DNA from: an uncultured Pelagibacteraceae bacterium
GTDB taxonomy: Bacteria > Pseudomonadota > Alphaproteobacteria > Pelagibacterales > Pelagibacteraceae
DNA length: 64,000 bases
NCBI GenBank assembly: GCA_902524955.1
Contig: CABZEY010000002.1
Span: 56,391 to 120,390 of the forward strand
Direction of reading: 5' to 3'
Part shown: positions 40,773 to 51,936 of the stretch, piece after piece
Numbering within the stretch: position 1 is the first letter of the stretch
Layout: each line of letters starts with the position of its first letter
Made by a program: the position numbers and the translations under genes
The notes under the pieces: generated by a model
Database searches by the model: none
What the model was told of the DNA's origin: nothing
What the model saw: only the letters and a program-made list of their open reading frames with translations

Positions 40773-41653
40773 TGGTGACTATTTTTAATATTGTACTGTC
40801 TCATTGCAAATCTTTTTTTTTGTTTATCTGTTAAATTATCATAGCATTTTGGGCAAGAAATGCCTTCAATATATTTATATGTTTTTTTTTCATTATCGCT
40901 TAGAGGAATTCTGCAAGCATGACACATAGAATAACTTCCTTGTTTAGAGCCATGAATTATAGAAACTCTTTGATCAAATACAAAACACTCACCTTTCCAA
41001 TTTGACACATCTTTACTAGTACTATTTAGATAATTTAAAATACCTCCTTCAAGTTGATAAACCTCATTCATACCTAGTTTACTTAAATGATCAGAAGCCT
41101 TTTCACAACGAATTCCTCCTGTACAAAAAATTGCTAATTTTTTTTTATTTTTTTTAATAAAATCTTTTGAAAAAAATTCTTTAAATTCCCTAAAGTTATT
41201 TATTTTAGGATTTACTGCGCCTTTAAAAGTTCCAATATCGTACTCAAAAGATTTCCTTATATCAAGAACCATTACGTCCCTTTGTTCAATAAACTTATCC
41301 CATTCCTTTGGTGATAAATGTTTTTCACTACGCGACCTAGTTCTCAACTCTATAGGTACGACCTCTTTTTTAATTTTTACTTTAAAATTTTTAAATGGAA
41401 CAAAATCAGAAGGGGAAATATTTGATACATCAAATTTATTAATATTTAGTGTTTTAAAAATAAAATCATAAAACTCATTAATAAAACCAATTGATCCCGC
41501 TATAGTCCCGTTAATACCCTCTGGGGATAAAATTATTGTTCCTTTCAAAGAATTATCAATTAAATATTTTTTAAACGAAATTCTATATCCCTCAACTGAC
41601 AATATTGGACAAAATTTATAAAAACTAACTATTTCAAATTTTTCTTTTTGCAT
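40766..41653 (-). CDS. trhO: tRNA uridine-34 hydroxylase (rhodanese UPF0176)
   Basis: FYKF, EGINGT, GTFKGA, FCTGGIRCEKAS, L.GGIL.Y, W.GECFVFDQR, SCP.C. Confidence 0.9.
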   Translation of the reverse strand: MQKEKFEIVSFYKFCPILSVEGYRISFKKYLIDNSLKGTIILSPEGINGTIAGSIGFINEFYDFIFKTLNINKFDVSNISPSDFVPFKNFKVKIKKEVVPIELRTRSRSEKHLSPKEWDKFIEQRDVMVLDIRKSFEYDIGTFKGAVNPKINNFREFKEFFSKDFIKKNKKKLAIFCTGGIRCEKASDHLSKLGMNEVYQLEGGILNYLNSTSKDVSNWKGECFVFDQRVSIIHGSKQGSYSMCHACRIPLSDNEKKTYKYIEGISCPKCYDNLTDKQKKRFAMRQYNIKNSHQC

Positions 41654-42282
41654 AACATCATTCCATCGCCTATGGAAATTAATGAAATTTCAAAATAATT
41701 ATCATTTTTAACGTAATTATTAAACTCTTTAATTTTTAGTGCTTTCGGATCTTTTGTTTCTTCTGAAACTTTGCCTTTCCATAATACATTATCAAAAATT
41801 AATGTTCCATCACCGGAAAGTAACGATTTACATTTTTCATAATATTTAATGTTATTAGTTTTATCTGCATCTACAAAAATCATATCAAAACTATTTAATG
41901 GTAGCTTTTCAATCTCATCTAAAGCAATACCTCTAATATATCTAATTTTATGACTAACATTCGATTTTTCCCAAAATATAACGGCTTTTTTGACAAATTG
42001 GTCATCTTTATCGATAGTTGTTATTGTGCCAGATGTTGTCAGCGCCATGCCTAAAGTGCTATACCCAAGATAAGTGCCAAGCTCTAAAATATTTTTATAA
42101 TTCCCCAATTTTATAATTATTTTTAGAAATTCAGATTGATCCGGAGATATTTGCAAATGAGATGTTGTTGAATGCTCTTTAAAAGAATGAAGTCTTAATT
42201 CTTTCTCTACTTTTGTTTCGTTAACACCAAACTCATAAATATACTTCTCAAGTCTATCACTGAGTAAAAAACTGCCAGACAT
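41629..42282 (-). CDS. SAM-dependent O-methyltransferase (CCoAOMT/COMT family)
   Basis: QISPDQ, LELGTYLGYS, FD.IFVDADK, DNVLWKG.V, IGDG. Confidence 0.9.
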   Translation of the reverse strand: MSGSFLLSDRLEKYIYEFGVNETKVEKELRLHSFKEHSTTSHLQISPDQSEFLKIIIKLGNYKNILELGTYLGYSTLGMALTTSGTITTIDKDDQFVKKAVIFWEKSNVSHKIRYIRGIALDEIEKLPLNSFDMIFVDADKTNNIKYYEKCKSLLSGDGTLIFDNVLWKGKVSEETKDPKALKIKEFNNYVKNDNYFEISLISIGDGMMLCKKKNLK

Positions 42283-42284
42283 AG

Positions 42285-43751
42285 TTACTTTAATTTATTT
42301 TTTAAAATATCATTTATCATTCCAGGATTTCCTTTGCCTTTCATTTCTTTCATAACCTGACCAACAAAAAAACCAAATAATTTATCTTTTCCAGATTTAT
42401 ATTGCTCAACTTTGTCTTGATTGGATGATAAAATTTTATCAATAATTTTTTCAATCTCTTTTGGATCAGAAGTTTGTTTTAAACCCTTCTCTTCGACAAT
42501 TTTACCAGGATCCGCATCTTGTTTAACCATTTCCTCAAAAACAGTCTTGGCAATTTTTCCAGATATGGTTCCATCTTTTATCAAATTAATCATTTTGGCT
42601 AAATTTTTTGCACTAACTGGGCTTTGAGAAATTTCTTTTCCTTCTTTATTTAAAGTGGCAAATAACTCACCCATCAACCATGTTGCAGCAAGTTTATAAT
42701 CAGAATTTTTTGCAACTTCTTCATAATAGCTAGAGACTGCTTGATCTGAAATTATTACACTGGCTTCATAACTTGACAATTTAAACTCAGATATTAATCT
42801 TTGTTTTTTTTGATCGGGAAGTTCTGGTAAATCTTTTTTTAAATTTTCAATATAACTCTCCTCAAGTTGCAAAGGTAATAGATCAGGATCAGGAAAATAT
42901 CTATAATCATGAGCATCCTCTTTACTTCTCATAGATCTCGTTTCTTGTTTTTTTGTGTCAAATAGTCTTGTCTCTTGATCTATACTTTTGCCATCCTCAA
43001 TAACTTCGATTTGTCTTCTCGCTTCAAAATCTATCGCTTGTTGCATAAACTTTATTGAATTTACATTTTTAATTTCACAACGCGTGCCAAATTCTTTTGA
43101 TCCTTTTTTTCTAACCGAAACGTTTACATCTGCTCTCAATGATCCTTGTTCCATATTTCCGTCACAAGTATTTAAATATCTCATAATAGATCTTAATTTT
43201 TTAATATATTCACCTACTTCGCTTGGGGATCTTAAATCTGGTTTACTAACAATTTCCATCAATGCTATTCCTGATCTATTTAAATCTACAAAAGAATTAT
43301 TTGGATCTTGATCGTGCATACTTTTTCCAGCATCTTGCTCTAAATGCAATCTTTCAATACCTACCTCTTTCGTTCCATAAGGCATATCAAGAATAACTTT
43401 TCCTTCTCCAACAATAGGATGTTTGAATTGAGAAATTTGATATCCTTGAGGTAAATCAGCATAAAAATAATTTTTTCTATCAAATTTTGAAAAGCTATTA
43501 ATTTTAGCATTTAAACCTAAGCCAGTTTTAATTGCTTGTTCTATACAAAATTTATTAATCACTGGTAACATACCGGGCATAGCAGCATCGACCAGACTCA
43601 CTTGTGAGTTAGGTTCTGATCCAAATTTAGTTGCTGATGATGAAAATAATTTAGCTTCAGATGAAACTTGAGCATGAACCTCTAATCCAATTATCACTTC
43701 ATATTCGCCTTTTTCTCCCTTTAAATAATAATCAAATTGTTTTTCAGACAT
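42285..43751 (-). CDS. gatB: Asp/Glu-tRNA amidotransferase subunit B
   Basis: [37 protein letters not shown]; start at TAATG overlap. Confidence 0.97.
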   Translation of the reverse strand: MSEKQFDYYLKGEKGEYEVIIGLEVHAQVSSEAKLFSSSATKFGSEPNSQVSLVDAAMPGMLPVINKFCIEQAIKTGLGLNAKINSFSKFDRKNYFYADLPQGYQISQFKHPIVGEGKVILDMPYGTKEVGIERLHLEQDAGKSMHDQDPNNSFVDLNRSGIALMEIVSKPDLRSPSEVGEYIKKLRSIMRYLNTCDGNMEQGSLRADVNVSVRKKGSKEFGTRCEIKNVNSIKFMQQAIDFEARRQIEVIEDGKSIDQETRLFDTKKQETRSMRSKEDAHDYRYFPDPDLLPLQLEESYIENLKKDLPELPDQKKQRLISEFKLSSYEASVIISDQAVSSYYEEVAKNSDYKLAATWLMGELFATLNKEGKEISQSPVSAKNLAKMINLIKDGTISGKIAKTVFEEMVKQDADPGKIVEEKGLKQTSDPKEIEKIIDKILSSNQDKVEQYKSGKDKLFGFFVGQVMKEMKGKGNPGMINDILKNKLK

Positions 43752-45211
43752 TACATCCACCAATCTTTAAAATTTGAATTAAAATTAATGGATTGCTCAA
43801 TTGCAAATGCATTATTTAGCACTGTTTGTTCATCAAAAGGCTTACCGATTAACTGCAAACCTAAAGGTAGATTATTTTGATCATATCCAGCAGGTATAGA
43901 AATTGCTGGTAACCCTGCTAAATTCGCAGGCACTGTTAATACATCATTCAAATACATTGCAATAGGATCATCAATGTTTTCACCGATTGCAAAAGCTGAT
44001 GAAGGTGTGGTTGGAGTTAGTATAGTATCAACCTTTTTAAAAGCTTCATCAAAATCATTTTTGATTAATCTTCTTACTTTTTGTGCTTTTAAATAATATG
44101 CATCATAATAACCTGATGAAAGAACATAGGTTCCAATTAATATTCTTCTTTTAACTTCGTCACCAAAACCTAATGATCGAGTATTTTCATACATTTCAAT
44201 CAAATCTTTTCCTTCAGCCCGAAAACCGTATCTTACACCGTCATATCTAGCTAAATTAGAGGAAGCTTCAGCTGGTGCGATTATGTAATAAGTGGGTAGC
44301 GCATATTTAGTGTGTGGAAGAGATATTTCTTTAACTTCACAACCTAAAGATTTTAATACCTCAACTCCCTTTTCCCAAAGATTTAAAATTTCTTTTGAAA
44401 TTCCATCAATCTTATATTCTTTTGGAATTCCTATTTTTAAACCTTTAATATCTTTTTTTAAATTTTGACTAAAAGGCTCAACTTTATTTTGAGCTGAAGT
44501 AGAATCTTTATTATCGTGACCTGCAATAACTTCTAATAATAAAGCAGAATCTTTTACATCTTTTGTCATTGGTCCTGCTTGATCGAGAGATGATGCGAAT
44601 GCTACAATTCCCCATCTAGAACATCTTCCATAAGTAGGTTTTAATCCAACTGTTCCTGTAAATGACGCAGGTTGTCTAATTGATCCACCGGTATCTGTTC
44701 CTACCGTTGCAGAGGTTAAATATGCCGCAACTGCAGATGCAGATCCTCCAGATGAACCTCCTGGGACAAGATCTTTATTATTTTTATAAGGATTTATAAC
44801 ATTGCCGAAGTGGCTAGTTTCATTTGATGAACCCATTGCATATTCATCGCAATTTAATTTTCCTAATAGATTAGCCCCTTCATTCCAAATTTTAGAGGTA
44901 ACAGTAGACTCATATTCCGGCTTAAAGCCTTCTAACATTTTACTTGAGGCTGTTGTTTGAACTCCTTTCGTACAAAATAAGTCTTTAACAGCTATTGGTG
45001 CACCAAATAATTTTTTATCACTTTCAAGTTTCTTATCTTGATCTTTTGATTTTGTTAATGCTTGATCGAATGTATTTTCTATATAACAATTTAGTTTTTT
45101 TGATTTGACTGCCCTATCAACGAATGACTTTGTTACTTCTTCACAGGAAATTTCCTTAGATTTAATTTTTTCTATTATTTGACAAAGTGTCAGTTTATAG
45201 ATTTCACTCAT
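43751..45211 (-). CDS. gatA: Asp/Glu-tRNA amidotransferase subunit A
   Basis: [47 protein letters not shown]. Confidence 0.97.
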   Translation of the reverse strand: MSEIYKLTLCQIIEKIKSKEISCEEVTKSFVDRAVKSKKLNCYIENTFDQALTKSKDQDKKLESDKKLFGAPIAVKDLFCTKGVQTTASSKMLEGFKPEYESTVTSKIWNEGANLLGKLNCDEYAMGSSNETSHFGNVINPYKNNKDLVPGGSSGGSASAVAAYLTSATVGTDTGGSIRQPASFTGTVGLKPTYGRCSRWGIVAFASSLDQAGPMTKDVKDSALLLEVIAGHDNKDSTSAQNKVEPFSQNLKKDIKGLKIGIPKEYKIDGISKEILNLWEKGVEVLKSLGCEVKEISLPHTKYALPTYYIIAPAEASSNLARYDGVRYGFRAEGKDLIEMYENTRSLGFGDEVKRRILIGTYVLSSGYYDAYYLKAQKVRRLIKNDFDEAFKKVDTILTPTTPSSAFAIGENIDDPIAMYLNDVLTVPANLAGLPAISIPAGYDQNNLPLGLQLIGKPFDEQTVLNNAFAIEQSINFNSNFKDWWM

Positions 45212-45498
45212 TACTCTATTACCTTTGGTACAACGTAAAAATTCTCATTATCTGCAGGTGAATTAGATAAAATATCTTTTTTTCCATTCATCAAATTCAC
45301 CTTGTCATCTCTTTTTATTAACTCTTGATCAACTGTAGAGGCTAGAGGTTCAATATTTTCAATTTTCACTTCATTTAGCTGTTCAACAAATTTTAAAATT
45401 GAATTTAAATCTTTAATCATGTTCTCTTCAAATTTTTCATTTGAAGCTATTCTCGATAGTTTAGAAATTTTTTTTACTGTATCTTTGGTAATTGACAT
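45211..45498 (-). CDS. gatC: Asp/Glu-tRNA amidotransferase subunit C
   Basis: [34 protein letters not shown]. Confidence 0.93.
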   Translation of the reverse strand: MSITKDTVKKISKLSRIASNEKFEENMIKDLNSILKFVEQLNEVKIENIEPLASTVDQELIKRDDKVNLMNGKKDILSNSPADNENFYVVPKVIE

Positions 45499-45535
45499 TA
45501 GACTTTGATAAAATTTTCGGTAAAATAGCACTTTA

Positions 45536-46006
45536 ATGGAAACTATCAACCTTTGCGATAATCAAGACTTTCCACACAAAGTTGGAAAAGGCTCGAGACT
45601 ATTGGGCATAGATCCTGGTAAAAAAAATATTGGCATATCAATAAGTGATCCCAGTCAAAAAATAGCAACTCCATTAAAAATTATAGTTATAAAAAAATTT
45701 AAAAAGTTTGTTGAGGATTTAAATAAAGTAATTTTGGATTATGAAATTAAAGGTATAGTAATTGGAAATCCAATTAACATGGACGGCTCATTAGGTCCAA
45801 GATCTCAATCTGCCAAAGATTTTGCACAAAATATTTCAAAAAATACAAATTTGCCTATTACATTATGGGATGAAAGGTTATCAAGTGAAGGAGCTTTTAA
45901 TTTAATGGGTGATTTAGACATAAATGCCTCAAAAAAAACTGAAAAACTAGATCAGCATGCAGCGACTTTTATTCTTCAAGGGTATTTAGATTTTTTAAAT
46001 AAATAA
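45536..46006 (+). CDS. ruvX: RuvX/YqgF family pre-16S rRNA nuclease
   Basis: LGIDPGKKNIG.SISD, G.P.NMDG, WDERLSS, D..AA..ILQ. Confidence 0.93.
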   Translation: METINLCDNQDFPHKVGKGSRLLGIDPGKKNIGISISDPSQKIATPLKIIVIKKFKKFVEDLNKVILDYEIKGIVIGNPINMDGSLGPRSQSAKDFAQNISKNTNLPITLWDERLSSEGAFNLMGDLDINASKKTEKLDQHAATFILQGYLDFLNK

Positions 46007-46046
46007 CTTGCCTAATTAAAGAAATAAGCCTATAGGACTGGTTTTA

Positions 46047-47000
46047 ATGGCTTTATTCAAAACTAAACAAGCTGTTAAATATGAAAAGAAACACCTTTTA
46101 GGTATTCAAGATTTATCTATTCCAGAAATTGTTCACATACTTAACGAAAGCCAATCATTTGTTGAACTTAATAGAAAAGAAAACAAGAAATTAAGTTTAC
46201 TTAAAGGAAAGACACAAATTAATTTATTTTTTGAAAGTTCTACCAGAACTTTGTCATCATTTGAACTCGCAGGTAAACGCCTTGGTGCAGATGTAATGAA
46301 TATGAATGTTTCAAATTCCGCTATAAAAAAAGGTGAAACTTTAATTGATACTGCAATGACTCTAAATGCAATGCACCCAGATATTCTTGTGATAAGACAT
46401 GGCAACTCTGGAGCCGCAAATCTTTTATCTAGAAAAGTTAATTGTTCAGTAATTAACGCTGGTGATGGCTGGAGAGAACATCCTACTCAAGCTCTGTTAG
46501 ATGCCATGACAATTAAAATGAAAATAGGAAAAATTGAAGGTTTAAAAATAGCAATTTGTGGAGACATAATGCACTCAAGAGTAGCTCGATCAAATATTTA
46601 TTTGCTTACAATGATGGGTGCAGAAGTTAGAGTCATAGCTCCAAGTACCCTTATGCCAAAAGATATAAGTCAATTTGGAGTTAAAGTTTATACTAACATG
46701 GAAGATGGTCTTAAGGATGTTGATATTATTATGATGCTTAGGATGCAATTAGAAAGGATGGATGGATCTTATATTCCTTCTACTAGAGAATATTATGAAT
46801 TTTTTGCTCTTGATTATAAAAAAATAAAATACGCAAAAGATAATGCTTTAATAATGCACCCTGGTCCAATGAATAGAGGTATTGAAATAGATGCATCTTT
46901 AGCTGATGATATAAACAGAAGTATAATTGTGCAACAAGTTGAAATGGGTGTCGCGGTTAGAATGGCATGCTTAAAAATATTGATGGAGAATCAAAAATGA
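46047..47000 (+). CDS. pyrB: Aspartate carbamoyltransferase catalytic subunit
   Basis: [43 protein letters not shown]. Confidence 0.97.
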   Translation: MALFKTKQAVKYEKKHLLGIQDLSIPEIVHILNESQSFVELNRKENKKLSLLKGKTQINLFFESSTRTLSSFELAGKRLGADVMNMNVSNSAIKKGETLIDTAMTLNAMHPDILVIRHGNSGAANLLSRKVNCSVINAGDGWREHPTQALLDAMTIKMKIGKIEGLKIAICGDIMHSRVARSNIYLLTMMGAEVRVIAPSTLMPKDISQFGVKVYTNMEDGLKDVDIIMMLRMQLERMDGSYIPSTREYYEFFALDYKKIKYAKDNALIMHPGPMNRGIEIDASLADDINRSIIVQQVEMGVAVRMACLKILMENQK

Positions 47001-48280
47001 AAGTTGCAATTATTAACGTGAGAATAATTGATACAAAAAATAACATCGATGAATTTGGTGGAATTTTAATCAATGAAAAAGGTTTGATAGAGGCTTGCGG
47101 AAGTAAAGTTACAAAAGGAAATGTTGGCGATACTAAAATTTATGATTGTAAAAACAAATTGGCAATTCCAGGAGTTGTTGATGGAAGGGTTTTTGCAGGC
47201 GAGCCAGGATTTGAATATAAAGAAAATTACAGAACTTTAAGTCAAGCAGCGATTTCTGGTGGTGTTACGTCTGTTGTAACTATGCCAAATACCAATCCAA
47301 TAATCGATAATGTTTCAACTTTTGACTTTATACAAAGAAGAGCTAGAGATAAATCTTTGATAAAAATTCATTCTCTTGCATCTTTAACAAAAAATGTTGA
47401 AGGCAACGAAATTACAGAATTTGGTTTACTGAAATTAAATGGTGCAGTAGGTTTTACTGATGGGATACAGTGTGTTCAAAAAAACGATGTTATGGACAAA
47501 ATTTTTGATTATGGCAAAAATCAGGATGTATTGATTGTGCAATTTCCACAAGACAACGAATTATCAAAAAATGGTGTAATAAATGAAAGTCTCATTGCTA
47601 CAAAATTAGGCTTAAAAGGTATTCCTGACTATGCTGAACATGTAATTATTGAGAGAGACTTAAGATTATTAAGCCAGTATAATTCAAAATATCATATCTC
47701 AGTACTATCATCAGGTAAATCACTTGAAATCATTAATGAGTGGAAAAATAAAAAGTTAAATTTTACAACAGGGGTATCGATTAATCACTTATCTTTAAAT
47801 GAAAATGATATTGGTGAATTTAAAACATTTTTAAAACTATCTCCACCACTTCGAAAAGAAGATGATAGAATTAATTTAATTGAAGGTATAAAAAATGGAA
47901 TAATTGACATAATTGTTTCTGATCATAAGCCTGAGGATGAAGAATCAAAAAGACTTACTTTTCAAAAATGCGCAACAGGAGCATCTGGAATCGAAACTTT
48001 TTTATCTTTAGCCCTAGAACAATATCACAATGGCAACTTAGATCTTAAGACTATTATTAAATGTGTTACTGAAAACCCAGCAAAAATATTTGGAATTAAT
48101 GCTGGATCATTGGAAAAAGGTATGCCTGCGGATATTGCGATTTTAGATTTAAATAAGCCGTGGGTGGTTAAAAGAGAAAATATTCAATCAAAGTCAAAAA
48201 ATACAGCCATTGAAGATAAAAAACTCCAAGGCAAAGTTGAGAAAACTTTTTTGAATGGAAAATTGGTTTTTGAAATCTAA
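46997..48280 (+). CDS. pyrC: Dihydroorotase-like protein, probably inactive PyrC'
   Basis: MPNT.P, K..PPLR, SDH.P; [10 protein letters not shown] replaces the metal-binding D.H.H. Confidence 0.88.
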   Translation: MKVAIINVRIIDTKNNIDEFGGILINEKGLIEACGSKVTKGNVGDTKIYDCKNKLAIPGVVDGRVFAGEPGFEYKENYRTLSQAAISGGVTSVVTMPNTNPIIDNVSTFDFIQRRARDKSLIKIHSLASLTKNVEGNEITEFGLLKLNGAVGFTDGIQCVQKNDVMDKIFDYGKNQDVLIVQFPQDNELSKNGVINESLIATKLGLKGIPDYAEHVIIERDLRLLSQYNSKYHISVLSSGKSLEIINEWKNKKLNFTTGVSINHLSLNENDIGEFKTFLKLSPPLRKEDDRINLIEGIKNGIIDIIVSDHKPEDEESKRLTFQKCATGASGIETFLSLALEQYHNGNLDLKTIIKCVTENPAKIFGINAGSLEKGMPADIAILDLNKPWVVKRENIQSKSKNTAIEDKKLQGKVEKTFLNGKLVFEI

Positions 48281-48858
48281 TGGATATTTTTATTATTGTT
48301 TCATATTCGTATTTACTAGGTAGCATTCCCTTTGGTTTAATTTATTCAAAAATAGCAGGCCTTGGGGACGTCAGAAATATTGGATCTGGAAATATTGGTG
48401 CAACAAATGTACTTAGAACTGGAAATAAACAGGTTGCCGCTTATACGCTTTTGTCAGATATAGCTAAAGGCAGTATTGCAGTTTTGATTACAAACAAGTT
48501 TTTTTCAGAACATATTTTGTTATCTTTTCTGATTGTTTATTTGGGACATATATTTCCAATTTGGTTGAAGTTTAAAGGGGGAAAAGGTGTAGCAACCTTT
48601 ATTGGTGGAATTTTAATTATTAATTATGTTCTTTGTTTAGTTTTTTTAATAACCTGGGCTGTAGTTGCAAAAGTTTTTAAAATCTCATCTCTTTCAGCAA
48701 TTGCAGGGTTTATTGTTACCTTGTTAACAGCATTTGTTTTGTATGATCAAAATCTCTCTCTACTAATGTTTTTCTTTACAGTCTTTAGTATTTATACTCA
48801 TAGAGATAACATTAAAAGAATTATATCAGGTGAAGAAAGTAAAATAAAAACTGAATAA
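48280..48858 (+). CDS. plsY: Glycerol-3-phosphate acyltransferase
   Basis: YLLGSIPFG, GSGNIGATNVLR, GHIFP, FKGGKGVAT, HRDNI.R...G.E. Confidence 0.97.
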   Translation: MDIFIIVSYSYLLGSIPFGLIYSKIAGLGDVRNIGSGNIGATNVLRTGNKQVAAYTLLSDIAKGSIAVLITNKFFSEHILLSFLIVYLGHIFPIWLKFKGGKGVATFIGGILIINYVLCLVFLITWAVVAKVFKISSLSAIAGFIVTLLTAFVLYDQNLSLLMFFFTVFSIYTHRDNIKRIISGEESKIKTE

Positions 48859-48931
48859 AAAACACCATTTTCTTACTTTTAAGAAACATTAAATTGACAA
48901 TTCAATAAATATTTGAGACTAAATTTTTTCT

Positions 48932-51481
48932 ATGAATTTAGTAATTGTTGAAAGTCCTGCAAAAGCTAAAACGATAAACAAATATCTTGGTGAAAGTTAT
49001 ATTGTTTTAGCGAGTTATGGACATGTAAGAGACCTTCCATCAAAAAATGGTTCTGTAGATACAGATAATAATTTTAATATGACTTGGGAAATTGATCCCG
49101 GTTCTAAAAAACCACTTAAAGAAATTTATGATGCTGCAAAAGATGCAAAAAAAATTATTCTAGCAACTGACCCTGATCGTGAAGGAGAAGCTATTGCCTG
49201 GCATGTTAAAAATATATTAGATGACAAAAAATTATTAAAAGACAAAAAAGTAGAAAGAGTTGTTTTTAATGAAATTACAAAAAAGGCTGTACAAAATGGA
49301 ATTGATAACCCAAGAGAAATAAACACTGAGCTTGTAGATGCCTATATGGCGCGAAGAGCTTTAGATTATTTAGTAGGTTTTAATATTTCACCAATCTTAT
49401 GGACAAAGTTGCCTGGATCTAAATCTGCAGGACGTGTCCAATCTGTTGCGTTAAAACTAATTGTAGAAAGAGAAAATGAAATTGAACTTTTTAAACCAGA
49501 GGAGTACTGGAGTATTCAGTCATTTTTTAAAAATAAAGAAAATAAAGATTTAAAATCAAAAATCACATTGTTTAAATCTGAAAAAGTTAATAAATTTTTT
49601 TTTAAAAATGAAAGCCAAACAAAATCAGCAGTAGATGAAATTAAAAAACATAATTACAAAATAACTCAAATTGAAAAAAAGCCTTACAAAAGAAATCCTT
49701 ATGCTCCATTTACAACTTCTACTATGCAACAAGAAGCTTCAAAAAAATTAGGTTTTGGTGCTTCGAGAACCATGCAAGTTGCTCAAAGACTTTATCAAGG
49801 TTTCGAGATAGACGGAGAAACAATTGGACTTATTACATATATGAGAACTGATGGAACTCAAATATCTAATGAAGCTTTACAATCTTGTAGAAGTTATATT
49901 GAAAACGAAATTGGAAAAAATTATTTACCAGAACAACCAAGAAACTATAGTGGAAAAAAAGCAAAAAATGCTCAAGAAGCGCATGAAGCTATAAGACCTA
50001 CAGACATTAGTAGAGATCCTGTTTCTTTAAAGTCAATATTAGATCGAGATCAAATGCGATTATATGAAATGATCTGGAACAGAACCGTATCTTCTCAAAT
50101 GGAATCTGCTGAATTTGAAAGAACATCTATAGATATAAACAATAATGATAATAGCATCTCTTTTAGAGCAAATGGGTCGATTCAAAAATTTGATGGTTTT
50201 TTAAAATTATATCAAGAAACAAAAGAAGATGATGAAAAAAAAGATGATCATGAAGATGATGACAATATTTTACCTGATGTAAAGAATGGTGATGAGCTAA
50301 AATTAGATAAAATTGTTGATGAACAGCACTTTACCAATCCACCTCCGAGATACTCTGAAGCTAGTTTAGTAAAAAAATTAGAAGAGCTAGGAATTGGTAG
50401 ACCTTCAACCTATGCAAGCATTATTTCTGTACTATCGACAAGAAACTATGTGGAACTAATTAACAAAAAATTTAATCCAACAGACCGTGGTAAATTAATT
50501 ACAGCATTTTTAGACAAATTATTTAATAAATATGTTGATTATAATTTTACAGCTAAACTAGAAGATAGCTTAGATGATATAACTTCTGGGAAGATCAATT
50601 GGATTGATGTATTAAGTCAATTCTGGAACCAATTTAATTCTAATGTTAATGAAGTTAAAGAACTAAGAACACGAACTATTTTGGATATGCTTAATGAAAG
50701 TTTATCCGATATTATTTTTGATAAAAATCAAGAGGGCAAAGTATTGAGAACTTGTCAGTGTGGTGGTGAATTAAGTTTAAAAGTTGGAAGATTTGGTGCT
50801 TTTATAGGATGTGCAAATTATCCAGAATGTAAATTTACCAGGCCCCTATCTCGTATCAAGGCTGCACAAGAAGACTTCATGTCTGAACCAAAAGATATTG
50901 GTGAAACTGATGAAGGAAAAAAAATAATCTTAAAAAAAGGAAGATTTGGTCCTTATTTACAAGTGGGAAATGATGAGAAAGAAATGAAAAATTTTTCTAT
51001 ACCAAAAGGCATGTCTCCAAATGATATTGATATTGATAAAGCTAAATTCTTATCAGGATTACCCAGAGTTCTTGGTAAATATCCAGAAAATAATGAAGAT
51101 ATAACATTAAATAATGGAAGATTTGGTCCTTATGTTAAATGTGCAAATAAATCTGCCACACTAGAATCTCCAGATGATATTTTTTCAATTGGATTAAACA
51201 AAGCTGTAACATTAATTGCTGAGGCAAAGCCTGGAAGACGTTCGTCAAATGAAATTAAAAACCTAGGAGAACACCCAGAGGATAAAAAACCTGTTAAAGT
51301 AATGAAAGGTCAATTTGGTCCTTATATTAAATACAAAACCATTAATGCTACAATCCCGGACGATAAAGATCCAAATGATATTACTATGGAGGAGGCGTTG
51401 GTATATATAGATAAAAGAATTGAATATGATGCACAAAAAAAAGGAAAAAAAATAAAAAAAAAACAAAAAAATAAAAAATAA
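48932..51481 (+). CDS. topA: DNA topoisomerase I
   Basis: VESPAKAKTI, DPDREGE, SAGRVQS, ITYMRTD, AHEAIRPT, GIGRPSTY, C-terminal GRFGPY repeats. Confidence 0.98.
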   Translation: MNLVIVESPAKAKTINKYLGESYIVLASYGHVRDLPSKNGSVDTDNNFNMTWEIDPGSKKPLKEIYDAAKDAKKIILATDPDREGEAIAWHVKNILDDKKLLKDKKVERVVFNEITKKAVQNGIDNPREINTELVDAYMARRALDYLVGFNISPILWTKLPGSKSAGRVQSVALKLIVERENEIELFKPEEYWSIQSFFKNKENKDLKSKITLFKSEKVNKFFFKNESQTKSAVDEIKKHNYKITQIEKKPYKRNPYAPFTTSTMQQEASKKLGFGASRTMQVAQRLYQGFEIDGETIGLITYMRTDGTQISNEALQSCRSYIENEIGKNYLPEQPRNYSGKKAKNAQEAHEAIRPTDISRDPVSLKSILDRDQMRLYEMIWNRTVSSQMESAEFERTSIDINNNDNSISFRANGSIQKFDGFLKLYQETKEDDEKKDDHEDDDNILPDVKNGDELKLDKIVDEQHFTNPPPRYSEASLVKKLEELGIGRPSTYASIISVLSTRNYVELINKKFNPTDRGKLITAFLDKLFNKYVDYNFTAKLEDSLDDITSGKINWIDVLSQFWNQFNSNVNEVKELRTRTILDMLNESLSDIIFDKNQEGKVLRTCQCGGELSLKVGRFGAFIGCANYPECKFTRPLSRIKAAQEDFMSEPKDIGETDEGKKIILKKGRFGPYLQVGNDEKEMKNFSIPKGMSPNDIDIDKAKFLSGLPRVLGKYPENNEDITLNNGRFGPYVKCANKSATLESPDDIFSIGLNKAVTLIAEAKPGRRSSNEIKNLGEHPEDKKPVKVMKGQFGPYIKYKTINATIPDDKDPNDITMEEALVYIDKRIEYDAQKKGKKIKKKQKNKK

Positions 51482-51936
51482 TGTCTATTGAAGAAAATTT
51501 AAAAAATTTAAATCTTACAATTCCTAAGGCGCCAGATCCTGTTGGAAATTATTTAGCATACGTAAAATCAAAAAATATAATTTTTGTATCTGGCCAACTA
51601 CCTATTGATAATAATGGTAAGCTTATCAAAGGAAAAATTGGTTTAGATTTAAATAGTCAAGACGGTGAAAAAGCAACTAAATTAGCTATTTTAAATGTCT
51701 TAGGCCAGTTACAAAAAGCAACGGGTGATTTAAATTTAATAAAAAAATGTATTAAAATAACTGGTTATTATAATTGCACTGAAAATTTTGAAGATCATCC
51801 AAAATTATTAAATATTGCTTCTGATTTAATTGTTGATGTATTTAAACAGAAAGGTAAACACTCTAGAGCAGTGGTAGGTGTAAATTCTTTGCCTTTAAAT
51901 GCGGCGGTCGAATTAGATACAATATTTGAAATTTAA
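51481..51936 (+). CDS. RidA/YjgF family protein
   Basis: P.GNY, SGQLP, N.ASDL...VF...G.H.R..VGV.SLP...AVE. Confidence 0.9.
   Translation: MSIEENLKNLNLTIPKAPDPVGNYLAYVKSKNIIFVSGQLPIDNNGKLIKGKIGLDLNSQDGEKATKLAILNVLGQLQKATGDLNLIKKCIKITGYYNCTENFEDHPKLLNIASDLIVDVFKQKGKHSRAVVGVNSLPLNAAVELDTIFEI

Noticed and set aside
50780-51330. Recurring ggaagatttggt(cctta) direct repeats
   Set aside because: They encode the G(R/Q)FG(P/A)(Y/F) C-terminal repeats of TopA; not a CRISPR or non-coding array
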